Assembly: GCA_028826165.1 (NCBI GenBank)
Contig: JAPDFW010000091.1
Span: 124,001 to 188,000, forward strand
Length of the DNA stretch: 64,000 nt
Direction: 5' to 3'
Source: Anaeramoeba ignava BMAN
Taxonomy: Eukaryota; Protista; Anaeramoebae
In this document: one piece after another, positions 22,600 through 35,348 of the stretch
How the letters are laid out: the number at the start of each line of letters is the position of its first letter
Position numbering within the stretch: position 1 is the stretch's first letter
Notes under the pieces: model-generated
Seen by the model: only the letters and a program-made list of their open reading frames with translations
Told to the model about the DNA's origin: nothing
The model's database searches: none
Program-made: the position numbers and the translations under genes

Positions 22600-23360
22600 A
22601 TTTTTGGATTTGATAGAGAAGAAAAAGTGGATGATGGATATTTCAAGAGAGAAGAAAAATTACAAGAAATGAGAGAAACACTTCATTTAGAAAAAAGAAA
22701 TAAGGAACAAGAGACATTTTTGATCACTAGATTCGCTAGAACTTTAGTCGATGCTTTTTCACATCATTCTTAAAATTTGATTAAGTTAACAAATCTCAAG
22801 TTCACTTCTTATTTGGGAAAGCCTCATCAATAATGGTGGAGATAATTTTTTCTCATTTGAGGTGCTTGATGGATAAAAATTCTCAAACACGAGATCTGCT
22901 TATTGATTCGCAACTTAAATTACAAAAATTGAGGGAAGATATGAAAAATCCTTTTCTCAAAAAACTTTATGAGTTTGTCAAAAACAAAGTTCCGCTAAAA
23001 GAAGTAAGAAGAAGATTTCGAACAAAAAGAAAAGAGTGTTTGATGGATCAATTTAATAAGAAAGATAAAACATTGCAAAAAGATCACCAAACTCTGGAAG
23101 AAAGTATGAGATTCATGACAATTTCTAATTGTAAGATCAAATCAATTATTGTGAATCAAATTCCTTTGGGGTTGAATTTGTCTCAATTCATCAAATCATC
23201 TAATTAAGCTTGGAAAGAGTTAATACAATCACACACTTTAATTGAGTATGCTAAAACAAAATTGAAGATTAATGAAACACCAAAGGAGATTCCTGATACG
23301 AATCAAGAAAAGAATTTAACTGAGTCAACAGAAAAAAAGAACAAAAAACTTTCTATTCAC
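22600..23360 (+). pseudogene. Disrupted coding remnant of unknown protein
   Basis: Coding-like composition; reading frames continue past TAA at 22771-22773 and 23205-23207 (…FIKSSN*AWKELIQSHTLIEYAKTKLKINETPKEIP…), with a frame change near 22800 and no clear start or splice sites. Confidence 0.55.
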
Positions 23361-23551
23361 TTTTTTTTTCTCATTTCTTTTTCTTTCATCAGATTCAACA
23401 ACTCTTGCTTTTAATTTTGATTTTGATTTTGATTTTGATTTAGATTTTAATTTTGATTTTAAATTTGATTTTGATTTTAATTTGATTTGATTTGATTTTA
23501 ATTTTGATTTTGATTTTGATTTTGATTTTGATTTTGATTTTAATTTTAATT

Positions 23552-25498
23552 TTAATTATCTGAATAAAGAAAATCTTGTAAGATAATTCTTGATCCAAGA
23601 AATGATAAAATTTCTTCTTCTGAATTTGGATTGATTGAATTTAAATTAAATAATAAAGGTGATCTTGAATATTGAAAAACAGGTTTTTGATTGGAAATGA
23701 AATGATAAAAATTGGGAAGGATAACTCTTGAATTAAAAATAGGTGATGCAAAATCAATACATTCAAAAAGATCAATTGAATTTGGAATCACATTAAATGG
23801 AATTGTTCTAGGATTTGAATATATTTGTGTTTTTTGTGTATAATAATTTGTGAATGAACCTCCTAAAATAATAGGTTGTTTTTTAAAAATATTCTTCAAT
23901 ATTTCACAATATTTTGATAAATGTTTTTGACAAGAAATGGAATTTGAATAAAAATTTGCAAAAACAAATTCTCTAAATTGAATCGTTTCAAATTGATAAA
24001 GAAATTTGTCATTCTCTATTTGTTTTGGAAGATATTGATTCGAAATGTGATTAAATAATATTTCATTTTTTTCCAAATTAGTTTTGTTTGTTAAATTAGA
24101 TGATATAAGGAAATCTAAATTAATTTTGTTGATTTTTGTATTTTTAGAATTTTCTTTCTTTTGATTTGTTTGAAGTTTCGATTCATTTAATGAGAAAAAA
24201 TTGTTGAATTTGATTTGTGTTTTGATATTAGAATTTTGAAGAAATAAAATATCAATATTGAATTTGGAAAGAGAATCTTGTAATTTATCCAAAAGTTCTA
24301 TTTCTTTCACTTTTTCTAAATTGAGTATTCCAATTCTGATATATTTTGATTGTGAATTTAGAGAATTAATTGAAGGAGATTTAAATTCTTTATATTTTTG
24401 GTTAATAAAATCAATATTTAATTCCAACATTTCAATCAACTTTAGAAGGAAAGTAATAATTTTTGGATTATTTATATTGATTTTGATTTGATTATTATTT
24501 TCATTTTGGACAAAATTGATAAAATCTTGAAGTAAATCAAACATTGTATCATTAATTTGAGAAATAAATTCTTTTAGAATTTGTTGATGTTTATCATCTG
24601 TTTTCTTTTCAATTTTTGTTGAAATATTCTGGGAAAATATGAGAAAATGAAAAAAATTGTGAAGAAAAAAAGAGATTTGAGGGAAATTTGAAAATTGGAA
24701 CAATTCCAAATGGAGTTTTTGTAAATTTTTGATTAATAATTTTGTAGATTTTTGTGCTTTTAACAATTCTCTCAAAGATTCATCTTCATCTTCATATTCA
24801 TTTTGAGATTCATTTTGAGATTCATTTTGAGATTCATTTTGAGATTCATTTTGAGATTCATTTTGAGATTCAGATTTAGATTCAGATTCAGATTCAGATT
24901 CAGATTCAGATTCAGGTTTAGATTCAAATTTAGATTCAGATTCAAACTGTTGAATTGATTTTTTGATTTTTTTTTTAAAATCGTAAATTTCATCCAATAA
25001 TTTGTGAAATTGCTTTTTCATTGTTTCTAAATTATTTTTTTCTAAATCATTCAATAAAGAATTATCAAGTAGAATTTGTTTAAAAAATTCTCCTATATCA
25101 TTAAAGAATTTGGAAATTTGTTTCAATTTTTCAATTTGATCTTCTTTTCTTTGATTTTGATAAGTATAAATTGAAAGTCTAAGGAAAAGAAGAAAAAAGA
25201 TAATTAAATAAATTGAAATAAATCAAAAACAAAGAATTGATAAATTTTGAGATTACTTTTTAAATGAATTAGCAAGTGAATCTTGAGATAAATCTGAAAA
25301 ATTTTTCAAAATAGTTTTAAAAGTGTCAAATAAGGAATTTATTCTTTCTGTAAGTAAATTCATAAAAGAAGAATTTCCAATTTTGTGTGAATCTTTTTCA
25401 AATTGATAAAATTCTTTCCAAATATTATCTTTTCTTGATTCAAACTCTTTAATTTTGGATTTTAAAGAAGAAGAAAAAGAATAATTGAGAGAAATCAT
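23552..25498 (-). CDS. Hypothetical protein: helical N-terminus plus degenerate endonuclease/exonuclease/phosphatase (EEP)-like C-terminal domain, 2 exons
   Basis: Exons 25498-25257 and 25178-23552 in frame. IRIGILNL..NIDILFLQN..FVFANFYS..PIILGGSF follows the EEP strand order. Confidence 0.6.
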
Positions 25499-25813
25499 TT
25501 AAACAAATGAAAGAAAATGAAAAAAATAATTTTTGATTTTTTTGATTTTTTTAATTGAAAAATTAATCGTTAAAATCAAATTTGTTTTAACAAAAAAATA
25601 TTTGATTTTAAATTGATTTTAAATTGATTTTGATTTTAATTTTAATTTTAATTTTGATTTTAAATTGATTTTGATTTTAATTTTCATTTTGATTTTGATT
25701 TTGATTTTAATTTTAATTTTAATTTTGAATTTTAATTTGATTTAGATTTTGAATTAAATTTTAATTTTAATTTTGATTTTAATTTTGATTTTAATTTTCT
25801 AATTGATTTTGAA

Positions 25814-27241
25814 TTAATTTTCATCAAATTCAAGAAGTCTTTCAAAAATTCCAAGTTCACGATCCAAACTTTCATCACCAATCTCTTTCATTTCTTGAGA
25901 AAAATATTCCATAAATTCCTTAATTTGTTTCTTTGATTCTTGATCAACATTTCCTTTATCCAAAATATGATGAACAAAAGAAACATAATGAACCAATAAA
26001 ATGGACTTTCTAGCCATTAAATCCTCAAAGGAATCTTTATCTTGGTCATTTTTGATGATATCGATAAAATTGACAGTTTGTTGATCTGAAAATGAATTTC
26101 CTTTAGTATCTTTGTAAGAAGTGGTAATTTTAAAAGGAATTCCATCAGCAACTGATTTATCCAATTTGAGGATAACAGCACCACCTTCAGTTTCATTTTT
26201 CTCGTTGCGATTTCCGGGCATGACAGTTGAAATATCAATCAAATTGTCATCTGACTTGATCAAAGTGTCTTCATGATCAGGCGAACCATAAACATTGAGT
26301 ATTTTCGCACCTTCCACTTTGATTTGGAGATCGAAGGCGATTGGCGTGACAATAAAATCGAAATCCTCCTTGACTTTTCTTCTGAATTCAGATGCGGAAT
26401 TGACACTCAAATAGTTAGCGCCTTTTGTTTTTGTGATGATGTTGCACAAATCGGTGTTAAAATCGACTCCAATACCGACAAGAGTAAGATATATCTTTTT
26501 CTCAGAGTATTTCTTAGTGAGACCCAGCAATCCTGTTGATGAATATTCACCTGTATTCGGATGTGCGTCTGTCAAGAAGATTATCCTATTTTGACGATCA
26601 TCTTGATTTTCTTTTGTTTTTTTCAGGTAAATTTCGAGCATTTCAACTCCCATTTTGAAACCTAAAGACATGTCTGTTCCTCCTCTTGGTTGAAGTTTAT
26701 CTATTGCTTGGTACATTTTATCCTTGTTGATTGATTTCCAATTTGAGAATTCTTGAACCAAATCAGTTTCGTTGTCAAAAACAATCATTCCAAAATTATC
26801 AGTTTCCTTCAATTGTTCCGTCAATCCTTTTAAAGCTCTTTTTGCGATTTCAAGTTTATTGAGTGATTTTTCTGTCTCATTTGATTTTGTGTTTCGATAT
26901 GAGCTATCTACAAAGGAAGAACTCATTGATCCAGAAATATCAAGAACAATAACAAGATTTAATTTGGGTCTTCCAAGTTTTTTTATATTATCTCCGTCAT
27001 ATTTGGAAGTTACAAGAATTGAAGTGAAATATTCTTTTTCTTTTTGATTTTTTGGATCTTTTGATATTGAACTTTTTGCTGTTATTGTTAGTGGGTTTTC
27101 TGTTTCTTTTTTGCTTGTTGGGAAATAATATTCGTTGATTAATCCGTTGTAAGTTATTGAAGATTTTGGTGGTAAATAATTGTGCGAAATGTTTGATCGG
27201 AAATTTGAAACATCTATTGCTCCTCCAAATAAGTCCATCAT
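25814..27241 (-). CDS. von Willebrand factor A (MIDAS) domain protein, intronless
   Basis: LNLVIVLDISGSM (DxSxS), LQPRGGTDM, RIIFLTDA, LVGIGVDFN. Probable start MMDLFGG at 27241/27238; the ORF-track extension upstream is low-complexity. Confidence 0.9.
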   Translation of the reverse strand: MMDLFGGAIDVSNFRSNISHNYLPPKSSITYNGLINEYYFPTSKKETENPLTITAKSSISKDPKNQKEKEYFTSILVTSKYDGDNIKKLGRPKLNLVIVLDISGSMSSSFVDSSYRNTKSNETEKSLNKLEIAKRALKGLTEQLKETDNFGMIVFDNETDLVQEFSNWKSINKDKMYQAIDKLQPRGGTDMSLGFKMGVEMLEIYLKKTKENQDDRQNRIIFLTDAHPNTGEYSSTGLLGLTKKYSEKKIYLTLVGIGVDFNTDLCNIITKTKGANYLSVNSASEFRRKVKEDFDFIVTPIAFDLQIKVEGAKILNVYGSPDHEDTLIKSDDNLIDISTVMPGNRNEKNETEGGAVILKLDKSVADGIPFKITTSYKDTKGNSFSDQQTVNFIDIIKNDQDKDSFEDLMARKSILLVHYVSFVHHILDKGNVDQESKKQIKEFMEYFSQEMKEIGDESLDRELGIFERLLEFDEN

Positions 27242-27439
27242 AAAATAAGAAAATGAAATGAAAAAAATGAAAAAAATGAAAAAAAAAGATTTAATCAAAA
27301 AAAAGAATTTTGTTTTGGTTCTCAATTTAAGCTCTTTTCTTTTAACAAAAAAAATTATTAAAAAAACACGTTTTTCAATCTTCCTTTCATTTTAAATTAA
27401 TTTAAAAAAGCAAAAAATATTAAATAAAAAAGCAAAAAA

Positions 27440-28545
27440 TAATAAATAAAAAAGTGGAATAAAAATTTAATTTAATTTCCAAATCAAAAATAAATAAATA
27501 AAAAGTGGAATAAAAATTAATTTAATTTCTAAATAAAAAATAAATAAATAAAAAAGTGGAATAAAAATTTAAATTAATTTCCAAATCAAAAATAAATGGA
27601 ATAAAAAAGTGGAATAAAAAATTAATTTAATTTCTAAATAAAAAATAAATAAATAAAAAGTGGAATAAAAATTTAAATTAATTTCCAAATAATAAATAAA
27701 TAAATGGAATAAAAATTAAATTAATTTCCAAATCAAAAATAATAAATAAAAAAGTGGAATAAAAAATTAATTTAATTTCCAAATAAAAAATAAAAAAATA
27801 AATAAAATAAAAATTTAATTTAATTTCCAAATAAATATTAAATAAATAAGTGGAATAAAAATTAAATTTAATTTTCAAATCAAAAATAAATAAATAAGTG
27901 GAATAAAAATTAATTTAATTTCCAAATAAATAATAAATAAAAAATAAATAAATAAATGGAATAAAAATTTAATTTAATTTCTAAATCAAAAATAAATAAA
28001 AAAGTGGAATAAAAATTTAATTTAATTTCTAAATCAAAAATAAATAAATAAAAAAGTGGAATAAAAAATTAATTTAATTTCTAAATAAAAAATAAATAAA
28101 TAAAAAGTGGAATAAAAATTTAATTTAATTTAATTTCTAAATCAAAAATAAATAAATAAAAAAGTGGAATAAAAATTAATTTAATTTCTAAATCAAAAAT
28201 AAATAAATAAATAAAATAAAAATTTAATTTAATTTCCAAATAAATATTAAATAAATAAGTGGAATAAAAATTTAATTTAATTTTCAAATCAAAAATAAAT
28301 AAATAAGTGGAATAAAAATTAATTTAATTTCCAAATAAAAAATAAATAAAAAATAAATAAATAAATGGAATAAAAATTTAATTTAATTTCTAAATAAAAA
28401 ATAAATAAATAAATGGAATAAAAATTAATTTAATTTCTAAATCAAAAATAAATAAGTAAATGGAATAAAAATTTAATTTAATTTCTAAATCAAAAATAAA
28501 TGGAATAAAAATTAAATTAATTTCCAAATCAATAATAAATAAATA
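27440..28545. repeat. Tandem minisatellite, ~45-60 bp variable unit (AAGTGGAATAAAAATTTAATTTAATTTC(C/T)AAAT(C/A)AAAAATAAAT)
   Basis: About 20 visible copies between the divergent vWA and CCDC22 starts. Confidence 0.9.
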
Positions 28546-28624
28546 ATTTTTCATTTTTCATTTTTAATTTTTCATTTTTCATTTTTCATTTTTCATTTTT
28601 CATTTTTCATTTTTCTATTTAAAA

Positions 28625-31600
28625 ATGGAACAAGTTGATGAAATTATTTTACTTTCTTTAAATCAAATTGGATTGTATTTAATTTATTAATTCAAAAAAA
28701 AAAAGAAAAAAAAAATTTTTTTTAAAACAAAAACAAAATTAAAATTAAAAAAATAAAAACAGAGAAATTCCTGATGTTTCTTCAATAACAGAAGAAGTAT
28801 TTACATCTGATTTAGTAATTTATATCACAGCAAGTTGCATGAATTTAATTGATAAATCACTTAAAATTCCTTTAAAATTCTCTAATGAAATGTCACAAAG
28901 ATTTCGAGCTTGCACAAATTTATCAAAAACAATAAAAGTAAATTAAAAATTCAAATTAAAAATTCAAATTAAAAATTAAATTAAAAATTAAATTAAAAAA
29001 TTCAAATTAAAAATTCAAATAAAAATTCAAATAAAAATTCAAATAAAAATTCAATTTAAAAATTTAAATTATTTTTATTAGGATCATGGATATCAAAAGC
29101 AAATTAGTTACTCTTTTTTTCTTTATCCAAATGTTGACCAAATGCGTGATTTATTTTTATGGATGGTTGAATTACTTCCAAAACAAGAAGATGAAGAAGT
29201 AATGGCAACAACAGGAGTTAGTATTCTTCGTCAAATTAAGATTTCTATTTTTGAATGGTCGGAATCAAAAGAAAAAACTATTTTAAAACCAAAAGTAAAA
29301 ATTAAAATTAAATTTAATTTTTAATTTTTAATTTAACTTTTAATTTAATTTTTAATTTAATTTTCTTTATTAGATATCAACAGTTAGACTTGTAACTCCT
29401 TTAAGTTTTGATTTACAAAAGAATTCTAAATCAAAAAGATATTGTCAAAGATTATTACCTTTAATATCTTCTCAAACAAGAAGAATAAGTTTATCAGATT
29501 CTGTTATTGAAACAAATGATATTGGTTGTGTTTTAAAAAGAGAAGAAGAAAATGAATGGAATAATGAAGTATTAGATTCTGGATTATCATTACAAGTAAT
29601 TCATTTAATTAAAATTCATTTTAAAATTAAAATTAATATTAAAATTAAAAATTAAAAATTAAAATTAAAATTAAAATCAAAATTAAAATTAAAAATTAAA
29701 ATTAAAATTAAAATTAAAATTAAAATTTAAATTCATTTTAAAATTAAAATTTAAATTAAAATAAAAATTAAAATTAAAATTAATATTAAAATTAAAATTA
29801 AAATTAAAATTAAAATTAAAATTAAAATTAAAATTAAAATTAAAATTTAAAATTAAAATTAAAATTAAAAATTAAAATTAAAATTAAAATTAAAATTAAA
29901 ATTAAAATTAAAATTAAAATTAAAATTAAAATTAAAATTAAAATTTAAATTTAAAATTAAAATTAAAATTAAAATTAAAATTAAAATTAAAATTAAAATT
30001 AAAATTAAAATTAAAATTAAAATTTAAAATTAAAATTAAAATTAAAATAAAATTTAAAATTAAAATTAAAATAAAAATTAAAATTAAAATTAAAATTAAA
30101 ATTAAAAATTAAAATTAAAATTAAAATTTAAAATTAATATTAAAATTAAAATTAAAATTAAAATTAAAAATTTAGGAATTCCAATTAAGAAAAAAAAAAA
30201 AAGCAATGGGTATTGTTTCAAAAGCTTTACAAAGTTCAATTACACAAATGAATCAGAAATACAGTCTTTCATCATTTTTCGAACAAGAAAGACAAAACAA
30301 TTTCAAGAACAAAATGTTCCAAGGATCTAGATTTGCAAATCTAGCCAAATATGGATTAGATCGAAAAGATAAATTCAAATTTTCAGAAAATGAAAGACCA
30401 AAAAATGAAAAAGAAAACATTGAAAATAAAGAAAAAGAAAAGGCAAAAACTGGACCAATTATTGAAGAAATGGATCCAGAAAAAATGATGCAAAAACTAA
30501 AAGAAAAACATCAAGAAGAAGTTTCAGAAATTCAAACCAAAATCAAAGATTACACGGATAAAACAGCACAAATAGAGAACGAAACACGGAATTATTTAGA
30601 CATGTTAATTCGGTTTGAGAAACAATTGGAAGAAATGAACAAAACAATTGAAGATTTAGAAAAAGAGTATCAAGTGCGAAAAAGAATTCAAGATTTTCTT
30701 CCAAATCATGAAGAAAATATCCAAATTTTACAACAGAATATCCAATCTTCACAATCCAAAATTCTCAATTTAGCAGGTCAATGGGAAAAGCACAGGCTCC
30801 AATTACTTGAGAAATATCGTAATCGCAAAAAACTTGCTTCAAGTCAAAATGAAATGTGGAAAGGAAGATTGGAAGAAATTAAAGAATTAAGAGAAGATTC
30901 AAAAACTCTTAGTCAAACAATTCAACAGAGAAATACTTTTTATACTCAATTACTTACAGAGTTTAAAAAATTGCCAAAGAAATCTTATAGAACAAATTAT
31001 ACAAAACAAATTTTTGATATTGTTAAAAATGTTAAGAAACAAAAAGGTGATATTGATAAAGTTCTTCTTGAGACTCATGATCTTCGAAAAGAAATTAATA
31101 GACTAAATGGAGCACTTTCTCGTTCTCATTTATTAGCAGATGAAATGATTTATCCTGTAATATATTTAAAATTTATATAAAATTTATATTTAAAATTTAT
31201 TTAAAATTTATTTAAAATTGATTTAAAATTGATTTAAAATTTATTTAAAATTTATTTAAAATTGATTTAAAATTTATTTAAAATTGATTTAAAATTGATT
31301 TAATATTTATTTAAAATTGATTTAAAATTGATATAAAATTGATATTTAAAATTTAAAAATTTTATTTATTTAAAAATTTAAAATATATTTAAAAATATTG
31401 ATATTTAAAATTGATTTAATATTGGTATTTAAAATTGATATTTAAAATTGATATATAATTGATTTAAAATTGATTTAAAATTAATATTTATATTTAATAT
31501 TAATATTTAAAATTTATATAAAAATTGATATTTAATATTAATATAATATTTATATATAAAAATTAATTTAAAATTAATATTTAAAATTTATTTAAAATTG

Positions 31601-31987
31601 ATTTAAAATTAATATTTAATATTTATTTAAAATTGATTTAAAATTTATATAAAATTAATTTAAAATTGATTTAAAATTAATATTTAAAATTGATATTTAA
31701 AAAAGATGGCTGAAAAAGATGATCTTGGAACTGGAGCAAAACAAGTTTATTTCTTGTTTGATAAGATGCATAAACTTTTCGAAACTATTATCCAAGATAT
31801 TCAACAAAGAGGTAAAACTTCAAATGAAATTCGAAATTTAGAAATTGAAGTAGATAATCTTAAAAGAAAAGATGCAACAACAAGTCTAAAAAAGATTTCA
31901 AAAGATTTATCACAAATGCAATCAGGAAACACAGAACTTCAAAATCAACTTAAAAAATTAAAGAAATCAAAAGATTCCAAAAAATAA
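28625..31987 (+). CDS. CCDC22: Coiled-coil domain-containing protein 22 (Commander/CCC complex), 6 exons
   Basis: MEQVDEIILLSLNQIG start, ..MSQRFRACTNLS.., GYQKQISYSFFLYPN..RDLFLWMVELLPK, LAGQWEKHR, RTNYTKQIFDIVKNVKKQKGDIDKVL. Introns near 28675, 28938, 29295, 29596 and 31157. Confidence 0.92.
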
Positions 31988-32235
31988 TCAATTTTTTGAT
32001 TAATTTTCCTTTTTGATTTTCTTTTTGATTTTCCTTTTGATTTTCTTTTTAATTTTCTTTTTGATTTTCTTTTTGATTTTCTTTTTAATTTTCTTTTTGA
32101 TTTTCTTTTTGATTTTCTTTTTGATTTTCTTTTTAATTTTCTTTTTAATTTTCCAAAAAAAAAAGAGAAAATTAAACAAAATTTTAATTTCATTTTTTTC
32201 TTTTTCTTTTTCTTTTTCTTTTTTTTTAAAATATT

Positions 32236-33599
32236 ATGCAAGTAAATATTGAAGAACTTAAATGTCCAATTTGTATGCAAATATTTGAAAATTGTACTCA
32301 AACAAATTGTGGTCATGCTTTTTGTGGTAAAATTATTAATTTTTTTGTTTAAATTTTTTTTTTATTGTTAATAAAAATAATTTTCCTTTTTATTTTCCAA
32401 AATAAAATAAGCTGAATGTATTTTAACATCAATTAATCATAATAAATATTGTCCAATTTGTAGATCTGAAATATTTTCACTTTATCCTTCATATAATTTA
32501 AGAAAAATTGCAGAACAAGCAAAAAATACACATCAAGAATTACATCCAAAAGAAAATTCACAACCACCAGTAAATTAAAATTAAAATTATAATAATAATT
32601 AAAATTAAAATTAAAATTAAAATTAAAATTATAATTAAAATTAAAATTATAATTATAATTATTATAGAAATTTTGGGATGAGAAAATTAAAGAATTTAAT
32701 CAAAAGAATCATCGACCAAATTTAGGACTTGCAGGAATTGTAAATTTGAATTTAATTGAATAATAAATATTTTATAAAAAAAAGTGGAATAAAAATATTA
32801 AATATTGAATTGAATTAAATATTGAATATCAAATATTGATTTGAATATTGAATTGAATTAAATATTGAATTGAATTGAATATTATTGAATATTGAATTGA
32901 ATTGAATTGAATATTGAATATTGAATATTGAATATTGAATATTGAATTGAATATTGAATATTGAATATTGAATATTGAATTAAATATTAAATAATAAATC
33001 TTTTATAAAAAAAAGTGGAATAAAAATATTGAATTAAATATTTAATTGAATATTGAATTGAATTGAATATTGAATATTGAATATTGAATTAAATATTGAA
33101 TATTGAATATTGAATATTAAATTGAATATTGAATATTGAATTGAATTAAATATTGAATATTGAATATTGAATTGAATATTGAATTGAATATTGAATTGAA
33201 TTGAAAATATTTAATTGAATATTAATTGAATTGAATTTATTTGGATTTAATTGAATTTTTATAAAAAAATAATAGAGATATGATTATAATATTCTAACAA
33301 GAGTAATGACTCAAAGATGTAATTCATATTCATTTGCAGCTTGGTTTGTTTTTTTATTAGTTCTTGCTTATTTAGTTTGGCCTTATGATTTAATTCCAAA
33401 TACTGAAGGATTATTTGGATTTCTTGATGATTTTTTGATTCTTATTTGGGGTATTTGGGCTCTTCATAAAATTGTTAGTTATTTTGAAGAATCTCAAAGA
33501 AATAGACCAAATAGAGTAAATGAAATTAGACAAAGAATGAGGGAATTAAGAGAAAGAAATCAAAATAATCAAAATGATCGAAATAATCAAAATAATTGA
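32236..33599 (+). CDS. RNF170: RING-finger E3 ligase with DUF1232 membrane domain (RNF170-like), 4 exons
   Basis: C3HC4 RING: CPIC..TNCGHAFC|AEC..CPICR; last exon YLVWPYDLIPNTEGLFGFLDD (DUF1232). Confidence 0.85.
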
Positions 33600-33821
33600 A
33601 TCAAAGTCAATTCAAAAAAGAAATAATCAAATTTATTTAATCAAAATAATCAAAATGATCGAAACAATCAAAATAATTGAATCAAAGTCAATTAAAAAAA
33701 GAAATAATCAAAATAATTGAATCAAAGTCAATAAAAAAAAAAACAAAAATGATTTAAAAAAAAAATTTAAATAAAATTTGTTCCATTTTTATCTTTAAAT
33801 TTCTTTTTAAAATAAAATAAA

Positions 33822-35184
33822 ATGTCAAATGAAATTGAATTATCAGATTTTGAAAAAGAAAATCAAAATCAAAATAAAAAAGAAAAAAAATCCATTTCGA
33901 GAATAAAATCATTTTCTAAAAAATTCAAAGGAAATTTTGGATTTTTAAACAAAAATGAACAAAAACAACACGATATTCTTTGGAAAGCAGTTTCATTTTA
34001 TAAACAAAAACCACGAAAATTAATGCCATATTCAAAAACAATATTAAAATTTGCAGATGATTCACAAATACATTATTCAATCGACACAAATTCATGGTTG
34101 TATCCAAATCAAGGATTGCAAAATATTGATTTAGAAAAAGTGGAACAAAATGAAAATTTTCAAAATATAGCCAATAAAGAAGAAGAAGACGAAAGCATTG
34201 AAGAAAAAGAATATCTAGAAATGATGGGAACTCATTTTCCTTATTTTACTTGGATTGTTTCCTTGGCTGATCTAGTTGTATTGATTGCAGGAATTTTGAA
34301 ATATGGATTAGCATCTCCGAAACAAAATATCTGGATCGGACCACCTTTTCAAGCTCTTATCGACATGGGAGCAAAAGACGGAGAATTAATGAAGCAGGGT
34401 CAATGGTATCGATTTTTTGTTCCAATGTTTCTTCATGCTGGATTTGTCCATTTGCTATCTAATTTACTTTTTCAACTTACTACTGCTAGACTTATTGAGA
34501 AAATGATTGGCACTATTCGTTTTGCAATTATCTATCTTCTTAGTGGCGTTGGCTCTGTTCTTATGTCTGTTCTTTTTCTTCCCGAACTTGCAGGTGTTGG
34601 AGCAAGTGGTTCTCTTTTTGGAATTCTTGGAGTTCTTCTTTGCGAACTTGCCCAAAATTGGAATGATGTTTATCGTCCTAAAACTTCTTTATTCCTCATT
34701 TTATTAACTATTCTTCTTTCTTTGGGTGTAGGTTTATTGCCTTCTATTGATAATTTTGCTCATCTTGGAGGTTTGATAACTGGAAGTTTGGCTGGAGTTG
34801 TTCTTTTACCTTATTTGAATTTCGGAACTACAAGAAAAATTTTAGTTGTAATCTGTTTTCCTCTTCTTTTATTTCTTTTTGTGATTGGTTTTATTCTTTT
34901 TTATCATAATGTTGATGTTAATGTAAATCAAATCAAAAATAATCAAATTTAAAAAATAATCAAATTTATTCAAAAAAAAAAAACAAAAAATCAAATCAAA
35001 ATTAAAATTAAAATTCTTTTTAGGGTTGGTGTAGATTTTGTAAATATTGTAATTGTCTTCCTTTAAATAATGGTGTAAGTTTTTCTTTTTCTTTTTCTTT
35101 TTCTTAAAATGATTTTAAATTTAAAATTTTTTCCTTTTTTTAAAAAAAAAATTTTAAAAGTGTAAATCAATTGGTCAAGATTAG
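33822..35184 (+). CDS. Rhomboid intramembrane serine protease, 3 exons
   Basis: WYR..PMFLHAGFVHL.SN, catalytic GASG and AHLGG. Exons 33822-34922, 35024-35074 (GWCRFCKYCNCLPLNNG), 35161-35184. Confidence 0.92.
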
Positions 35185-35348
35185 AATTTGATTTAGAATT
35201 TGATTTAAGTAATCCAACAAGAAATTCATTTTTAGATAATTTTTGTTTATAATATTCGTTTTTGATATAAAAAGAAAGATAAAAGAAAGAAACAAAAAAA
35301 AACAAAAATTTGAGAACAAAATATTTTTGAAACACAATTTTCTTTCTT

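Noticed and set aside
22771-23207. TAA reassignment (alternative genetic code)
   Set aside because: TAA, TAG and TGA all terminate conserved genes at expected positions, and no in-frame stops occur in conserved exons.
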